A stretch of 63,262 bases of DNA, counting the filler, from Octopus bimaculoides (lineage: Eukaryota): the NCBI RefSeq assembly GCF_001194135.2. It is 7 parts of 7 records of this genome, joined end to end, with 100 filler letters (N's around TTAATTAATTAA, not from the genome) between each part and the next. Parts side by side here need not be neighbours in the genome. Positions count along the whole stretch, not along the records: positions 1 to 30,066 come from NC_068988.1; positions 30,167 to 49,651 come from NC_068989.1; 5 more parts are not named here. One strand, given 5' to 3'. Positions within the stretch are counted from its first letter, which is position 1; the number at the start of each line of letters is the position of its first letter. Below the pieces are notes generated by a model, which was not told the origin of the DNA, ran no database searches, and worked only from the letters and a program-made list of their open reading frames with translations. Shown in pieces: positions 1 through 41,877 of the stretch. A program made the translations under genes and the position numbers.

Positions 1-59
<59 letters not shown>
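1..59. repeat. (AC)n microsatellite
   Basis: Direct reading. Confidence 0.98.
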
Positions 60-62
<3 letters not shown>

Positions 63-1089
63 TTGTATGTATACAAATATGCGCATATGTTCGTGTATAT
101 ATGTGCATAAGCATATGTATGCGTGCATGTCTATGTATGTGTGTCAATATGTTTAGAGTTATGTGCACGACTGTTTACACCTCCACCTAGAGTACGGTCA
201 TCCTCCTTACGTACGTATAGTGGTGCATGGATTATTGTCCTATTGATTATATTATTTCGATGTAAAACATGAAAGCAATAAGTTGACCTCGTCATTTCCT
301 TTGTATAAACACAACGTAGTTAAATGTAACCCTTGAGAACAACTGTGGGGCAGTATCCGAGTGCACTATAAAAATCCATTGAGAATAACGCAAATAACTA
401 CAACGGTGGAACGTACATAAAAAAAAGTGCTATAAGGTGCATTTTTTGCTGCTCATCTTTTTTTCCCCCAATATATGTAGTTGTTTAAGGTGGCGTGTTT
501 ATATAGTGTTGTCCCCTCAAATTCATTATCAGTCTTGCAATAATCAACGTCAACATCAAATTCGTTGCCGTCAACTTACCAACACCCACTCAATGATGGA
601 GAGGTTATATTTTTATGAACTCTGAACTATCACTGACATGAATGATTACTTTCTGATAAATTGGCATTGTGGATATATTATACACCATCTACACAGTAAG
701 GAGATACGAACAAGATCGATTGTTGCAATTTTTTGCAATTTCTTCTTAAATAGAGAGGAAGGGAGAGAACGGGGGGGGGGGTCAAGATTGAGAAAGAATG
801 TGGATGGGAGACAAGAGGAACGGAGGGATGATGGAAGTGATTGTGAGTGAAATCTGTAATTATTTTATAACTAAGTTCTTTTTCTCCGTTACTTAGCCCG
901 TCTGTAAAGTTTTCACGCGATTAGTTGAAGGGAAAGGTGAAGACCGAAAGAAGACTGAGTGAAAAAGAGAGTAAGTCAAAGAGTGAGTGAGAAAGACGGA
1001 GAGTGCTGCGTATTAAGTTTATAAAATTGCGCATGAAGTATAGATGTATATGAAAAGTGCATTAAGTAATCATCGTATTCCAATTTCAT

Positions 1090-1430
1090 TCGCTTTATAA
1101 TGAGCAACTACCTTTTGATATAAAGTCTAGTCAGGATACGCTTTTAGGTTTGTCACCAGTGATGATCTTCGAAAAACGGTCCGGATGGACTTCCATTTGT
1201 TCATTTTCACGACACGCATACATTCTTGATATCTTTTGAACTTTAGTGAGCAAGTGAAACATAAATTCCGCTACAAGTTTTTTCATTCGCAATTCGTGGC
1301 TCAATCTTCATTTGCAAGAGCTTCACTGCACACCAGTCATATCAACATGTTTGTCAATTACACAGCGTTAATCCTTCAAGATCGGGTGTTTAGAAAGTTG
1401 TTTTTGGCACGCACATGACTCATTAAGAGA
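1090..1430 (-). mobile_element. Mariner transposase remnant
   Basis: The minus strand gives, across frameshifts, ..KLVAEFMFHLLT..QMEVHPDRFSKIITGD.. (IITGDE-like first catalytic motif). Confidence 0.6.
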
Positions 1431-2077
1431 GTTTCCATACATGTATACCTCTATAAAAATTGTCCCTTTTTCCTTTCATTCTCCCTTTTGTATTGGTAAA
1501 AATTCAGTAATGTATGTTTTAGTTTCTACACTTAATCCATTTATGACAGCAACGTTGACGTGACTCATTTTTGGATATGTAATATACATCTGGAAGGATA
1601 CAACAACCTCTATTTAGTAATAACGCATTTATCAATTTATTCAGTAACATGCGTACATCTACTATTACAGTTAATGCTAATTGTTCTATATGTCCTTCTT
1701 TCAGGAAGAAGAGGAAGTACAACCAATGGTAAGAACCTGTTTTTTTTGCGCAAATCTCATTCTTTACCTGGATCATTCGTGCTAGTTATAGAATTAACAT
1801 AACGTTGTATTATTCACATTTTAACATAATAGGTCATGATATATACCTGCTTTAGTTCCTTCATTTTAGTATTCTTATTAGGGATATGAGACGTTCCATC
1901 TTTTACAAATGAGTAATGAATTTGCTACTTTCTAAGTAATAGTTACTATTTCATATATGCACAATTTGTTAATCTTATTTATTTACATTTATAGAGTGTA
2001 GTTAATTATTATTCAGCGAATTTTTTTCAAGATGCAGAAAGAAATTATCCATCCATCCATCCATCCATCCATCCATC

Positions 2078-2445
2078 CTTCTAACCACCCATCTTTTACG
2101 TTCACTATTTCTGGGGTCCCTGAATTAGAGTCCTCCGTCACCTCCTGCATAGGGTCCAGTCAGAAATAAACGTCATTAGATTTGGGGGCTTAGTAACTGA
2201 GTGCAACATATTACAGATAATATGCTACCATCTCCTTGTTCTACCCATTGGTTTGAAGAATTCCTTTTGAAATAGTCTTCTGCTAAATACTGTCTAGTTT
2301 TCCGTAGTATCCGAGCTGTGACCTCATGGGAATTAGCGACTCGAACTGGAGAGACTCCTTGATAACGGAGTTGAGCACCCTGTCGCGTAACATTACGCCA
2401 GAGACTCTTCGGAGGAACCCGTCTCGGCCACATTTGTTCGCGATC
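2078..2445 (-). mobile_element. Decayed non-LTR (RTE-like) 3' end with (GGAT)n tail
   Basis: ORF LRYQGVSPVR..RILR.. followed by ..[11 protein letters not shown], then the tetranucleotide tail at 2049-2077. Weak similarity only. Confidence 0.3.
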
Positions 2446-3339
2446 ATACAGTTCTAGTCATTACACAACATTCATGACCAAAAATTAAGAGATACATAGA
2501 AAGCGTGCGGAAAATATGAATTTGAATTTTTTTTCTTTTTAAGAAATTCCTCCTTTTAAGATGGAATGCTGGAGAAAGCACTTACAATTCTAACATCCAG
2601 TCCAGCCCTCCCCACCCCGGTCCTTGTTCCACATGAAAATCTCCATTCGTCTCCAGTATGAGTAAAATGTGGTCAATACATGCAGCGTAGTTGCTCATAT
2701 TTTCACTAGGTACTATACAAAATCCACCGCTAGACAAATCACAAAGAAAATCTGCGCTCAACTCTACTCATTTAGTTACGCCCAACTCCTAGTTTATAGC
2801 TCTCCAGCTAAGTACATGCTTAATCCTAGATCGAAGGAAGTAGTATTTGTGATCTACCTTGTCAATAATTGACGCTTCACTTCACTACAAGCATTCTGGG
2901 TCCTGATTTTACCAAGGCACGACCATCATCATAATCAAAACTGATCCTTTCCAACACAGAAGGTGAAGCAAGCTTGAGATTAATTATAAACATCAGCTAA
3001 AATTACTACTTACGCCCTATTCTGTGCAAAACACACCTTCGTTTTCGAACACCTTTCACTCTTATATTTCTCTCCAATTCCTACACCATTTTATGTGCTA
3101 CGAAACTGTATTACATGTTTGGTGTTTCTATCGCTTACTCGGTACATTATTGGCTGCGCCTTGCTCTTGATACAATAGCCTGCTTGTGATGAACTGCTTA
3201 ATAACGAACCTTAACACTATTGCTATGCACTATTAATTTCATTATTATCATGAAAGTCTCTCGGATAGCTCTTAATTGCCAGTTATTATTTACTTGAAAG
3301 CAGGCAACAATAAAACACCAAATGTTTAAAGTAGTGCCT

Positions 3340-4800
3340 TCTCCTGCGACTTAAAGAGACAATACTCTCCTTAGAATACGAGCTGTACACAACAATGTTG
3401 TCTTCTGGATCACCGCCAGCCTGACAGCGGCTCTGATATTCTTAATATGCTTTTCAAAGCCCTTCAAAATTGCTCCTAATGCTCCAGTTACTACTGGTAT
3501 CACCATTACTTTCTTCATGCTCAATAACCTTCCTATCACGCCCCGCAATCTTTTCTGTTTCCTAAAATTTCACCCTAGAACCGCCTGGTATTGCAACATA
3601 TATTATTTTTACTTCTTTTACATTTTTATGGATGATCACCATATCTGGTCGTCTCGTCTCTATGATTTGTTCGCACAGCATGTTAAAATCGCAGAGTATT
3701 TTGTAATGTTCGTTTTCCATTACTCCCTTGTGCTCATACCATCGTTCGGCTCTCTCGAGGTTTGCTTTACCGCACAAACGCCAGTGGACATATCTGGTCA
3801 CATTGTCATGTTTCCTTTTATACACGCGTTGTGCGAGCTTACAACATTCACTAACAATATGGCTTATACTTTCTCCCTCCTCAGAGCACATCCTATACTG
3901 TGGCCAGTCAGTGCTTTTATCTATGTGATATTTGGTGTAGTTTGTTCTGAGAACTTGTTCTTCAGCGCAGCACACTAATGCTTCAGTGGGCCCTTTTAAG
4001 TCTCCTTTCTACAGCCAATGGCAGGTTCCATTTCAATCAATCTCATCTTTATTCTCCAAGAACACACTGTGCATTTTCTTGTCCTGGCAAATTTTCTGCA
4101 TCTGCTCTATCTGATCTTTCTTAAATTGTATTGTATCTACAGCTTCACTTTTAAGCTTCCCTTCATTTTCACTGCTTCAATCATTTCTTCTTTACTCCCC
4201 TTGACATACCTAACTAGACTATTCTTTTCTTTCCTGACGCAACCTTCGCACTGATCCCCGTCCCCTTTCTTCCTCTTTACATACAATCTTGACACATCAC
4301 TCTCGGGTTGTAGCTCCTTGTTTATTGTCATTAATTTACGTGTTCTCCAGTCTATCTCTTGTCATTCATGCTTCTTCCAAGATACTATTCCTGCCCCATA
4401 TCTCATAAAAAAAAAAAACAGCCTTCGTGTTAATTGTTCTAATGTTATAGCGGCCATTTAGCTTTGACTGGAGCACACGACGAGTTCTCCTCAAGTACTA
4501 TTTCCTGTACATTTCTTTCATCTTGTGTTCATTTTTCTTACCTCTTTCAATGATACCCAGGTACATATATCCTTCCTCTCCGACTTACTTTATAGTTTCA
4601 CCACTTTCCAGCTTGATCCCATGGCTTTTACTGATTTTCCCCCTTTTGAGAATCTTTACACCACATTTCTCGATTCCAAATTCCATGCTATTATCTTTGC
4701 TAATCGTCCATACAGTTGCCATCAAACTCTCAATTTCTTTCTCAGTCTTAGCGAATAGATTTAGGTAATCCATTAATCATAGGTTGTTTACTTTCACCCT
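3340..4800 (-). mobile_element. R4/Dong-clade non-LTR retrotransposon remnant (RT C-terminus, CCHC, restriction-like endonuclease)
   Basis: MDYLNLFAK (YMDDLKL-like), EFGIEKC, YKYLG, CRMC..ESISHIVSEC, RPDMVII, IPVVTGALG, LLCTARILRRVL. Several frameshifts. Confidence 0.9.
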
Positions 4801-4889
4801 GCCTAGCATAGTGGCAGTATACAGACAACAAATAGGAGAGGCGACAGATTGTCCCCATGAAAGTTTCCTCTTTTGATATATTATCATCA

Positions 4890-5794
4890 TCATTATTATT
4901 TTATGTTTGACTTTTGCTTTGCATTTGTGCAAGTTGGATCCAAGTCTCACCCAGAGACTTCAAGAGACAACAAGTTAGAAGTTCATGTAGGTGTTATGCC
5001 TAGGATACCATATGTTTGAATTTGTACATAGTGTTGTTCTAGAGAATGTTTAAGAAACCATAAGAAAATTATGTTTGTTTTAAAATTTGAGATCACATAG
5101 ACAGTATTTTACGTAGGATATGGGCAGTTCCCATGAGCACTATCTTTTGAACTTCAGCCATTTTGGGGTTTCCTGGTATCTGAGCTAGGTAGTAATCAGC
5201 CCGTTTCGCTGTCATTCCCAGGGCACCTATGACAATAGGTATTGTTTTAGTCTTCAGGTTCCACATTTTGCTAATTTCTATTTCAAGATCTTTATATTTG
5301 CTCNNNNNNNNNNNNNNNNNNNNNNNNNNNNNNNNNNNNNNNNNNNNNNNNNNNNNNNNNNNNNNNNNNNNNNNNNNNNNNNNNNNNNNNNNNNNNNNNN
5401 NNNNNNNNNNNNNNNNNNNNNNCTCTCAGTATGATGTCTGGCCTATTTGCATCTATCATTCTGTCAGTTTGAATGGTGAAGTTCCAGAGGAGTGCGATGT
5501 GATCATTTTCAAGTACTGGGGGTGGTTTGTGTTCCCACCAGTTTTTATCATGGGGCAAGTCCAGGTTTTTGCATATTACCCAGTGAATATATTGTGCAGC
5601 TCTATCATGCCTGTTGAGATACTCTGTAGGCGCAAGCAGACTGCACATGGAGGCAACATGATCGATGGTCTCATTTTGTTGTTGGCATATACGACATAAT
5701 GGGGAGCTGCCATTCTTTAATATGTTGGCCTGGTAGTTCTTTGTAGGTAGGTATTGATCTTGGGCTGCTATGATAAACCCCTCAATTTCTGATT

Positions 5795-5796
<2 letters not shown>
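4890..5796 (-). mobile_element. R4/Dong-clade 5'-truncated copy with 3'UTR
   Basis: EGFIIAAQDQ..CRIC..ETIDHVASMC..RHD..RPDIIL. The 5' end abuts (TAA)n at 5797. Contains an N gap. Confidence 0.92.
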
Positions 5797-5859
<63 letters not shown>

Positions 5860-5875
5860 ATTATTATTATTATTA
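5797..5875. repeat. (ATT)n microsatellite; further TAA arrays at 6561-6588, 7145-7240, 13248-13345, 13530-13614, 14137-14205, 25038-25110, 62125-62148 and 62672-62700
   Basis: Direct reading. Confidence 0.97.
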
Positions 5876-5884
5876 ACCTTTTTC

Positions 5885-6195
5885 TTCGTCCCTAAGTTCT
5901 GAGTTCAAATTCTGCCGAGATCGATTATCACCTTCCCCCAAGGTTTCAGGCCTTGTGCCTAGAGTAGAAGGATTTACTATCATCATTGAGGAGCTGATCT
6001 GACAGAATCGTTAGTACGCCGGAAGAAATGCATTGCAGTGTTTCGCCTGTCACAACGTGCTGAGTTCAAATTCCCCCGAGGTAAACTTTAACTTTCTTTC
6101 GAGGTCGATAAATTAAGTACCAGTGAAACACAGGGTTCTATATTATCGTCTATTCCCGTCCCCTACCAAATTTTAAGCTTTGAGGCTTTCGAGGA
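5885..6195 (+). mobile_element. Two fragments of tRNA-derived SINE family A
   Basis: They share GAGTTCAAATTC..CCGAG and GGCCTTGTGCCTAGAGTAGAA with the copy at 44083. Confidence 0.72.
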
Positions 6196-6265
6196 TTCTT
6201 CTTCTTCTTCTTCTTCTTCTTCTTCTTCTTCTTCTTCTTCTTCTTCTTCTTCTTCTTCTTCTTCT

Positions 6266-6560
6266 TGTTAAGACAGCAGTGCATGCCATCAGAGTCACGC
6301 TAAGGTAAAAAATACGTGTCCCAGTATATCCATCATGACTACATGTCTGATAAGGGGACACCAGGCACATGCATCACAAACATACGTGCTCGACATGATG
6401 ACCCCATATGAAGATAAACAGCACATGACCTTCCAGGTGGTTGGGTCCAGTTAGAAATTTCTTCAGGTCAAGTAGTAGCCTACCCCAATCAAAAGGCCCA
6501 TCATAAAGGTTAAGAAAGTTGAACGAAATACCTGTTTCTGGAGGTGAATTATTCAAACCC
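6266..6560 (-). mobile_element. Truncated copy of the ~500 bp TAA-embedded non-coding repeat
   Basis: Reverse complement matches the 3' half of 13615-14136 (GGGTTTGAATAATTCACC...GATGGCATGCACTGCT). The tail here is (GAA)n. Confidence 0.78.
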
Positions 6561-6588
<28 letters not shown>

Positions 6589-6591
<3 letters not shown>

Positions 6592-7143
6592 TAGTTTTAT
6601 TTTTATAACGTGCTTTCACTTCACTACCGAGCGCAGCTCTGTGCACCTTGGGTATGTGCTGTGGTCTGCTGTGGTGCTCTTATGTTTACTGTATTGAAAG
6701 TGTTTTGCGTAGAATGTGTGCAGTACCCAGTAGTGCAATTTTCTGTATGTTATATATATTTGTAAGTCCTGGTGTTTTTGTTATGTATTTGTCTGAATAT
6801 TTTTTTATTATACCTAAGGCACCTACTATGATAGGAATTGTTTCTGTTTTTAGATTCCACATTCGAGTTATCTCTATTTCCAGGTCTTTGTATTTTGAAA
6901 GTTTTTCCATTTATTTTAGAGAAACGTTGTCATCTGCTGGTATTGATACATCAATTAGAAAGCATTTTTTTTCTTCATGATCTTTGACAACTATATCTGG
7001 TCTATTTGCCTTAATTTCTCTATCTGTGTGTATTGGCATATCCCAGAGTATGGTTGCTTTCTCGTTTTCTGTGACCTTTTCTGGCGTGTGTTTATACCAT
7101 CTTTTTTCTGTTGCTATTCCATAATGTTGGCATAGCTTCCAGT

Positions 7144-7144
<1 letters not shown>
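6589..7144 (-). mobile_element. R4/Dong-clade 5'-truncated copy flanked on both sides by (TAA)n
   Basis: HWKLC..WYKH..ILWD..RPDIVV..IDVSIP..KYKDL..IPIIVGALG..LLGTAHILRK, with a single in-frame stop at 6911-6913. Confidence 0.93.
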
Positions 7145-7211
<67 letters not shown>

Positions 7212-7244
7212 GATTTTAATATTAATATTATTATTGTCATTCAT

Positions 7245-7930
7245 ATACACTTAACAGATTAGATTTGGACTAACATCGAGCTACAAGTTGCCTTAGATGC
7301 CAAGAACCCTCTTAAGTATCCTACCTGTCCCTAATACACTGTTTTCTGCAGCTGGGTTTTATGCCTATTTCCTCCTATCAATTTGTTCATCGATTTAGGG
7401 ATAGTTCCCAATGCACCTATAACTACTGGGATACATTTTACCCGCACTTTCCAAAGTCTCTGTAATTCAATAGCTAGGTCCTGTTACTTTGCAATTTTTA
7501 CTATACATCTCATATTAATTGTTTCATCATTTGTAACTGTAGACACAACTATCTGGGACATCCTATTGTCTTTATCTACTACTACCAAATCAGGCCTTCT
7601 GGTTTCTGTTGTTCTGTCAGTGTGAATGTTAGAGTCCCACTATATCTTGTACTTCTTTTCTTTTTAGTACATGTCTAGGTTAATATTCATACTATTTATC
7701 ATTATGTTCAAATACTAGCTATTTACAAAGCACCCAGTGGACTGCTTTCCCTAGATGTCATGTCTTTTCTTGTATTCTTTATGTGCTATCGTGCTACATT
7801 CACTTACTATAAGAGTAGCGGTTTCCTCATTTGATTTGCATAATCTACATTGCGGATCAACTTGCTTTTTGCCTATTATAGCTTTTATCCAATAAGCCGT
7901 TAATGCTTGAGATTATGCAGCTACTAACAA
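7245..7930 (-). mobile_element. R4/Dong-clade copy, more decayed
   Basis: PQCRLCKSNEETATLIVSEC..KRHD..HWVLC..RPDLVV..VLGTGRIL. Its tail runs into the (TAA)n at 7145-7240. Confidence 0.82.
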
Positions 7931-8025
7931 AATTTATATCTCCTATTTCAGTTTTCCCTTCTGCAGCCTTGACCGTGTCTTTATTCTATCATTTGCTGAA
8001 ACTCTGTGTGTGTGTGTGCGCTGAA

Positions 8026-8098
<73 letters not shown>

Positions 8099-8156
8099 TA
8101 TATATATATACATATATATCCATATGCACACATACCCAGACACGCATATGTGATAG

Positions 8157-8528
8157 CAAAGATGCATATCGTTTACCGTTGTCATTATCACTGCTGTCTT
8201 AATCACTGAGGGCTTAATAATCAGCACAGTTAATAGAGAGTTGCCAACATCACCATCAACAACAACACTATCCAGCAAAAGCAACAATAACGAGGACGAT
8301 AACAATAACAGACATGGGGAGAGCAACATCAATGAAAACAGCGATGACAATTTTTTTCCAAGCGAACCAGTTTTCCTGAAGGAAAATGAAACCACATCCA
8401 CCACCGCCACCACCACCACTAGCAGCAGCAACAGAAGCAGCAGCAGCATCACCACCACCACCACCACCACCACCACCACCACCACTATATCGAAATTCCT
8501 CCACCAGTGCTGTCAGAAAGACGTCTGA
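8157..8528 (+). CDS. Possible N-terminal exon: hydrophobic segment plus Ser/Thr/Asn-rich stalk
   Basis: Open frame QRCISFTVVIITAVLITEGLIISTVNRELPTSPSTTT...KENETTSTTATTTT...HQCCQKD lies upstream of exon A. M13 proteins are type II membrane proteins. However, the stalk is built from trinucleotide repeats, and the splice sites are not convincing. Confidence 0.3.
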   Translation, partial: QRCISFTVVIITAVLITEGLIISTVNRELPTSPSTTTLSSKSNNNEDDNNNRHGESNINENSDDNFFPSEPVFLKENETTSTTATTTTSSSNRSSSSITTTTTTTTTTTTISKFLHQCCQKDV

Positions 8529-9329
8529 AAGATATTTGAGGATGGANNNNNNNNNNNNNNNNNNNNNNNNNNNNNNNNNNNNNNNNNNNNNNNNNNNNNN
8601 NNNNNNNNNNNNNNNNNNNNNNNNNNNNNNNNNNNNNNNNNNNNNNNNNNNNNNNNNNNNNNNNNNNNNNNNNNNNNNNNNNNNNNNNNNNNNNNNNNNN
8701 NNNNNNNNNNNNNNNNNNNNNNNNNNNNNNNNNNNNNNNNNNNNNNNNNNNNNNNNNNNNNNNNNNNNNNNNNNNNNNNNNNNNNNNNNNNNNNNNNNNN
8801 NNNNNNNNNNNNNNNNNNNNNNNNNNNNNNNNNNNNNNNNNNNNNNNNNNNNNNNNNNNNNNNNNNNNNNNNNNNNNNNNNNNNNNNNNNNNNNNNNNNN
8901 NNNNNNNNNNNNNNNNNNNNNNNNNNNNNNNNNNNNNNNNNNNNNNNNNNNNNNNNNNNNNNNNATACATACATACATACATACACACATACATACATAC
9001 ATGCATACATACATACATACATACATACATACGTACATACATATATATGAACTTACGTGTCTTTCAGAAAAAAATCAGTTAATAGGAGATATACTTCATC
9101 AAGCATTAAATATAGCTGGGAACCTTAGGAAATACTCCGATTGCAATGGAATTTTGATTGGCTGGATCACAGAATTATTTACTGCATTCTATTTCTTTTT
9201 TTTTTTTGAATGGTATTGCTGGGTTTCAAATAACAAAAAAAATATATTGAGCGGTATACAAATAAATACGGGGGATGTTCATTAAATGTTTCTTCCGACC
9301 CACCTCCTCGGGACTGGGATAAAAGAAAC

Positions 9330-9925
9330 TTGGTATTATTATTAGTCCTTCTCTACATAGCCACCACCAAAAGGTGACACACTTCTCCCATCACTTTGTG
9401 AAGGTGCGAAGATCCCGTCTGAACAAATCGGTACGTTGCGTCTGGTGCTAAGACTTTACCTAGTAAATAAGTTCACCATTATCCGAAAACCTCTGCCCTG
9501 TCAAAGAAACATTTTATTGTTGGAACGAGGTGGAAGGTAGATGGTGCGTCGTCGGGGGCATAAGGAATTCATGGCTTTTGGTAGTGTGCTTTCATCTGGG
9601 CAACATGTGCTTTGTGTACTGGGGCGTTTTCGTGTTGGTGGTGAACAACTTTGGTCAGCATGCCACGCCTTTCTGCTTTAATGGCCGCCCGCAATTTCTC
9701 CCCCAAAACTGTGAGCATCACCTCGCATGTTGAGGTTTGGACACGAGCCTTCTTTAGAAATGGTAAGTTATTAGGCTTCCATTGTTTCCACTGGACTTTA
9801 GCCTCAGGATCATATCGATGTATTCATGTTTCATCCTGTGTGATAAATCTGCAGAAAAGGTCCTTATGTCCAAAACAATCTGAGAGCAATTTACTCTCTT
9901 CTGCTTTTGAAAACGTGTGAGCATA
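9330..9925 (-). mobile_element. Mariner transposase remnant (catalytic region, internally deleted)
   Basis: FITQDET*IHRYDPEAKVQWKQW..KKARV..VMLTV|LRAAIKAERRGML..HENAPVH..PYAPDDAPSTFHL..GQRFSD. Confidence 0.88.
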
Positions 9926-10345
9926 TGGGGAATCTATCATGCAGACAACTTCCGCATATACTAATAGTCAGGAATGATTTTTTGTACGGACCCTACACTT
10001 GTCTTTCCTGCTTGGGTTACCGAACTTTTATGCGACGATCCTCATAAATAGTGGCTTCCACTATTTGTAACTATGTCACTATATGACTACATAACTGCAT
10101 ACATACGCAAAATATATGCATGTACATATTCCTGTTCGTATTTGTGTGTGCGTATATAGTGCAGCTGTGTAAATCTCTTTGTCAAGACTTGTAATTGTAA
10201 TACATTTTTATCACATTTACCATCTGTGTAAATGTGTACACTTAAAAGTTACAGAAATATTCTCATAATTTCATTAACATAAGAAATGATATTTGTTCTG
10301 TTTCAAATTCTTTTTAAATATGTTGTGTTTTTATTGCAAACACAG

Positions 10346-39329
<28,984 letters not shown>

Positions 39330-39949
39330 GTAGATGATTCTTACATTTCCTTCTCCATAAAGCACAATCGATCTGTAGGTTTCCACGATGCTGGTCTAAA
39401 CTTCTATATAGTCACTCTACCCAGACACTTAACAGTTCGCTTTTTACAGTTTTTCACTTGCTTAAAGAAAGCGGATAGCGATCCACTTTATGTAGCAATA
39501 TTGTTTGATACATTACATGCTACTCCGGTAAGGATTTTTCTTCTTTTTTTTTTTTGGTCTACGAATCTTTGATGTTACATGCTTAGATTCTAGTTCTGCA
39601 AGATATCACTAAATTTCCTTTTGCTTTCAATAGGAAACTTCAAATTTATTTCCTTTATATTGCCTACACAGTAAATGATCCTGGAATGACTCGGACATGT
39701 GCACTACCGCACAATCGTAAATCAAGAGAGAAATACGAAGTCTCTATAACTATGGTTCTTAACCTTCTCCAAATAAACTACCCAATAAACGTTTGGCCTT
39801 TATCTTCCTTAGCTAGGGAAACAGATGAGAGAAACTAGAAGGAAAATACCATTCAAAGATATATCCATCCTCACAACACATAATCTCCGAAGCTATTAGC
39901 TAATTTAATCAGCAATTTATTCTGTGGTAGCTTTTATTTTCTTATTTGG

Positions 39950-40197
39950 CGTATGTGTGTCCCCCAGCTGGACGGGACGCCAGTTCAACGCAGCGTTACT
40001 CAAGAAACAAGAAGAAAGAGTGAAAGTTGGGGCGAAAGAGTACAACAGGGGTCGCCACCACCCCCTGACGGAGCCTTGTGGAGCTTTAGGCGTTTTCGCT
40101 CAATAAACACACAACGAAATTGGAAAATCTGGCAATCGAAACTGCGATCCTCCGACTGCGAGTCCTCTGCCCTAACTACTGGGCCATTGCGCCTCCA
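39950..40197 (-). mobile_element. tRNA-derived SINE: body type 1 plus tail Y
   Basis: Head GGAGGCGCAATGGCCCAGTAGTTAGGGCAG is shared with the 50955 copy; ACTGGCGTCCCGTCCAG is shared with 46400. Confidence 0.8.
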
Positions 40198-40342
40198 CAT
40201 ATGTGTGTATATGTGTGTATATATATATGTGTGTGTGTATATATATATATATATTCGTGTATATATATGTATATATANNNNNNNNNNNNNNNNNNNNNNN
40301 NNNNNNNNNATATATATATATATATGTTAGTGTGTGTGTGTG

Positions 40343-40386
<44 letters not shown>

Positions 40387-41829
40387 CACAGCTTTGAAAT
40401 AAACTAGTTCTTTCATGAATAAACCAACTGTAAATAAACATAAAGTCTGAATGTTCAAATACCTCATTCTCCTTGTTATCAATAAATATATATATGCGAG
40501 TGTGCATGTGTGTGTGTAAGTATGTGGCGTGTATACTCACGCATAGATGACATACACAAACACTCAGTATTTTTCAACACGAACCTATAATAGAGACATA
40601 ACTCCCTGTAACGCAGTGGGATTGAACGATGAACAAGTATTTTATTAATAGAATATCTTAACGAGACGACTGTGTGAGCCTAATTATCTTTTCTTAGATA
40701 CTAATGGAGTCTTCATAGGCTTGGAGGGGGTTTGTGGCGTCTGACTCAATCTGAGAATCTCGTTTCATTGTAAAGTAAGAAATAAACACAAAAAGAAAGC
40801 AAATGACACCCACACGAATTAAATTATTAAAATCTCCAAATATAAATTGGTTCTTATCTTCAATGAAGCTTATTTTAATTCCATTATCTGTCACTGCTTA
40901 TCTTCCGTATCTACGATTTTGAAAACTTGCGGTGTATTCATCACATTAATACGCCGATTAAATTATTGGAAGTTTTAACCACTGTGAGGTTTCTACGGGG
41001 ATATAATTTACATTAAGAGATAAGGATGGAAAATACATGTCTGTGGATGGGAAAAAAAATATAAGAATCTTTCAGTGTGGGCGGTTGAACTGAATAATAG
41101 ATTTTCTTGTAATGAGGATTTATTTCTTGCGCTTATCGTTATTCTGTGTTCTGTAATCCTAATTGAGATTAAGTATTTCCAAAGCTGTTGAAAATATAAT
41201 CTACCATACATTCTCAATTCTTTCGTCTTATTTAGAAATAGAATATTTTCGTATAGAAATAGCCACTACAACACAGGTAACACCATGTTCTTTATATTCT
41301 TTATATTTTTGCGCCTATTTATATCCAGGTTTCCATTATTGTTTACAAATATTCTTGAAATTGGTGCAAACAGGCAACTCTTCATTAGAAAGAAAATGGA
41401 GGAACTCGCAATGATCAAGTTTCAAGTAGCTACTTAATCATCTTCAACATATATTAAGTTTTATACACACAACTACGATATCGTTACATGAAATATGAAT
41501 CCATGTCATACTGTAAGTCAGTCTACATCTGAATAATTTGTGTGTGTGTGTGTGTAATATATATACGTCTATTGGAATGAATACGAAAAATAATATATCT
41601 CAACATTTATTATTTTTATAGGTGAAATCTGTCCGACGTACGTTTCGATACACACTTGCTAGACTATTTATAATCCAATGGAGCGAACCCAGGATTTACC
41701 CATCAAATGAAACACATTGGGACTGGCTTACCTCAAATAACCTTGGGTGTTCCTTACTAGTCAATATGGTAGGCCATAACTTGAACTATAATTGAATGCT
41801 TGCAACGGCACCTATTTACCTATTAATTA

Positions 41830-41877
<48 letters not shown>

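Noticed and set aside
10160-10190. QLCKSLCQD as the small CxxxxC exon before exon A
   Set aside because: Cys spacing is one short and the donor phase is incompatible with exon A.
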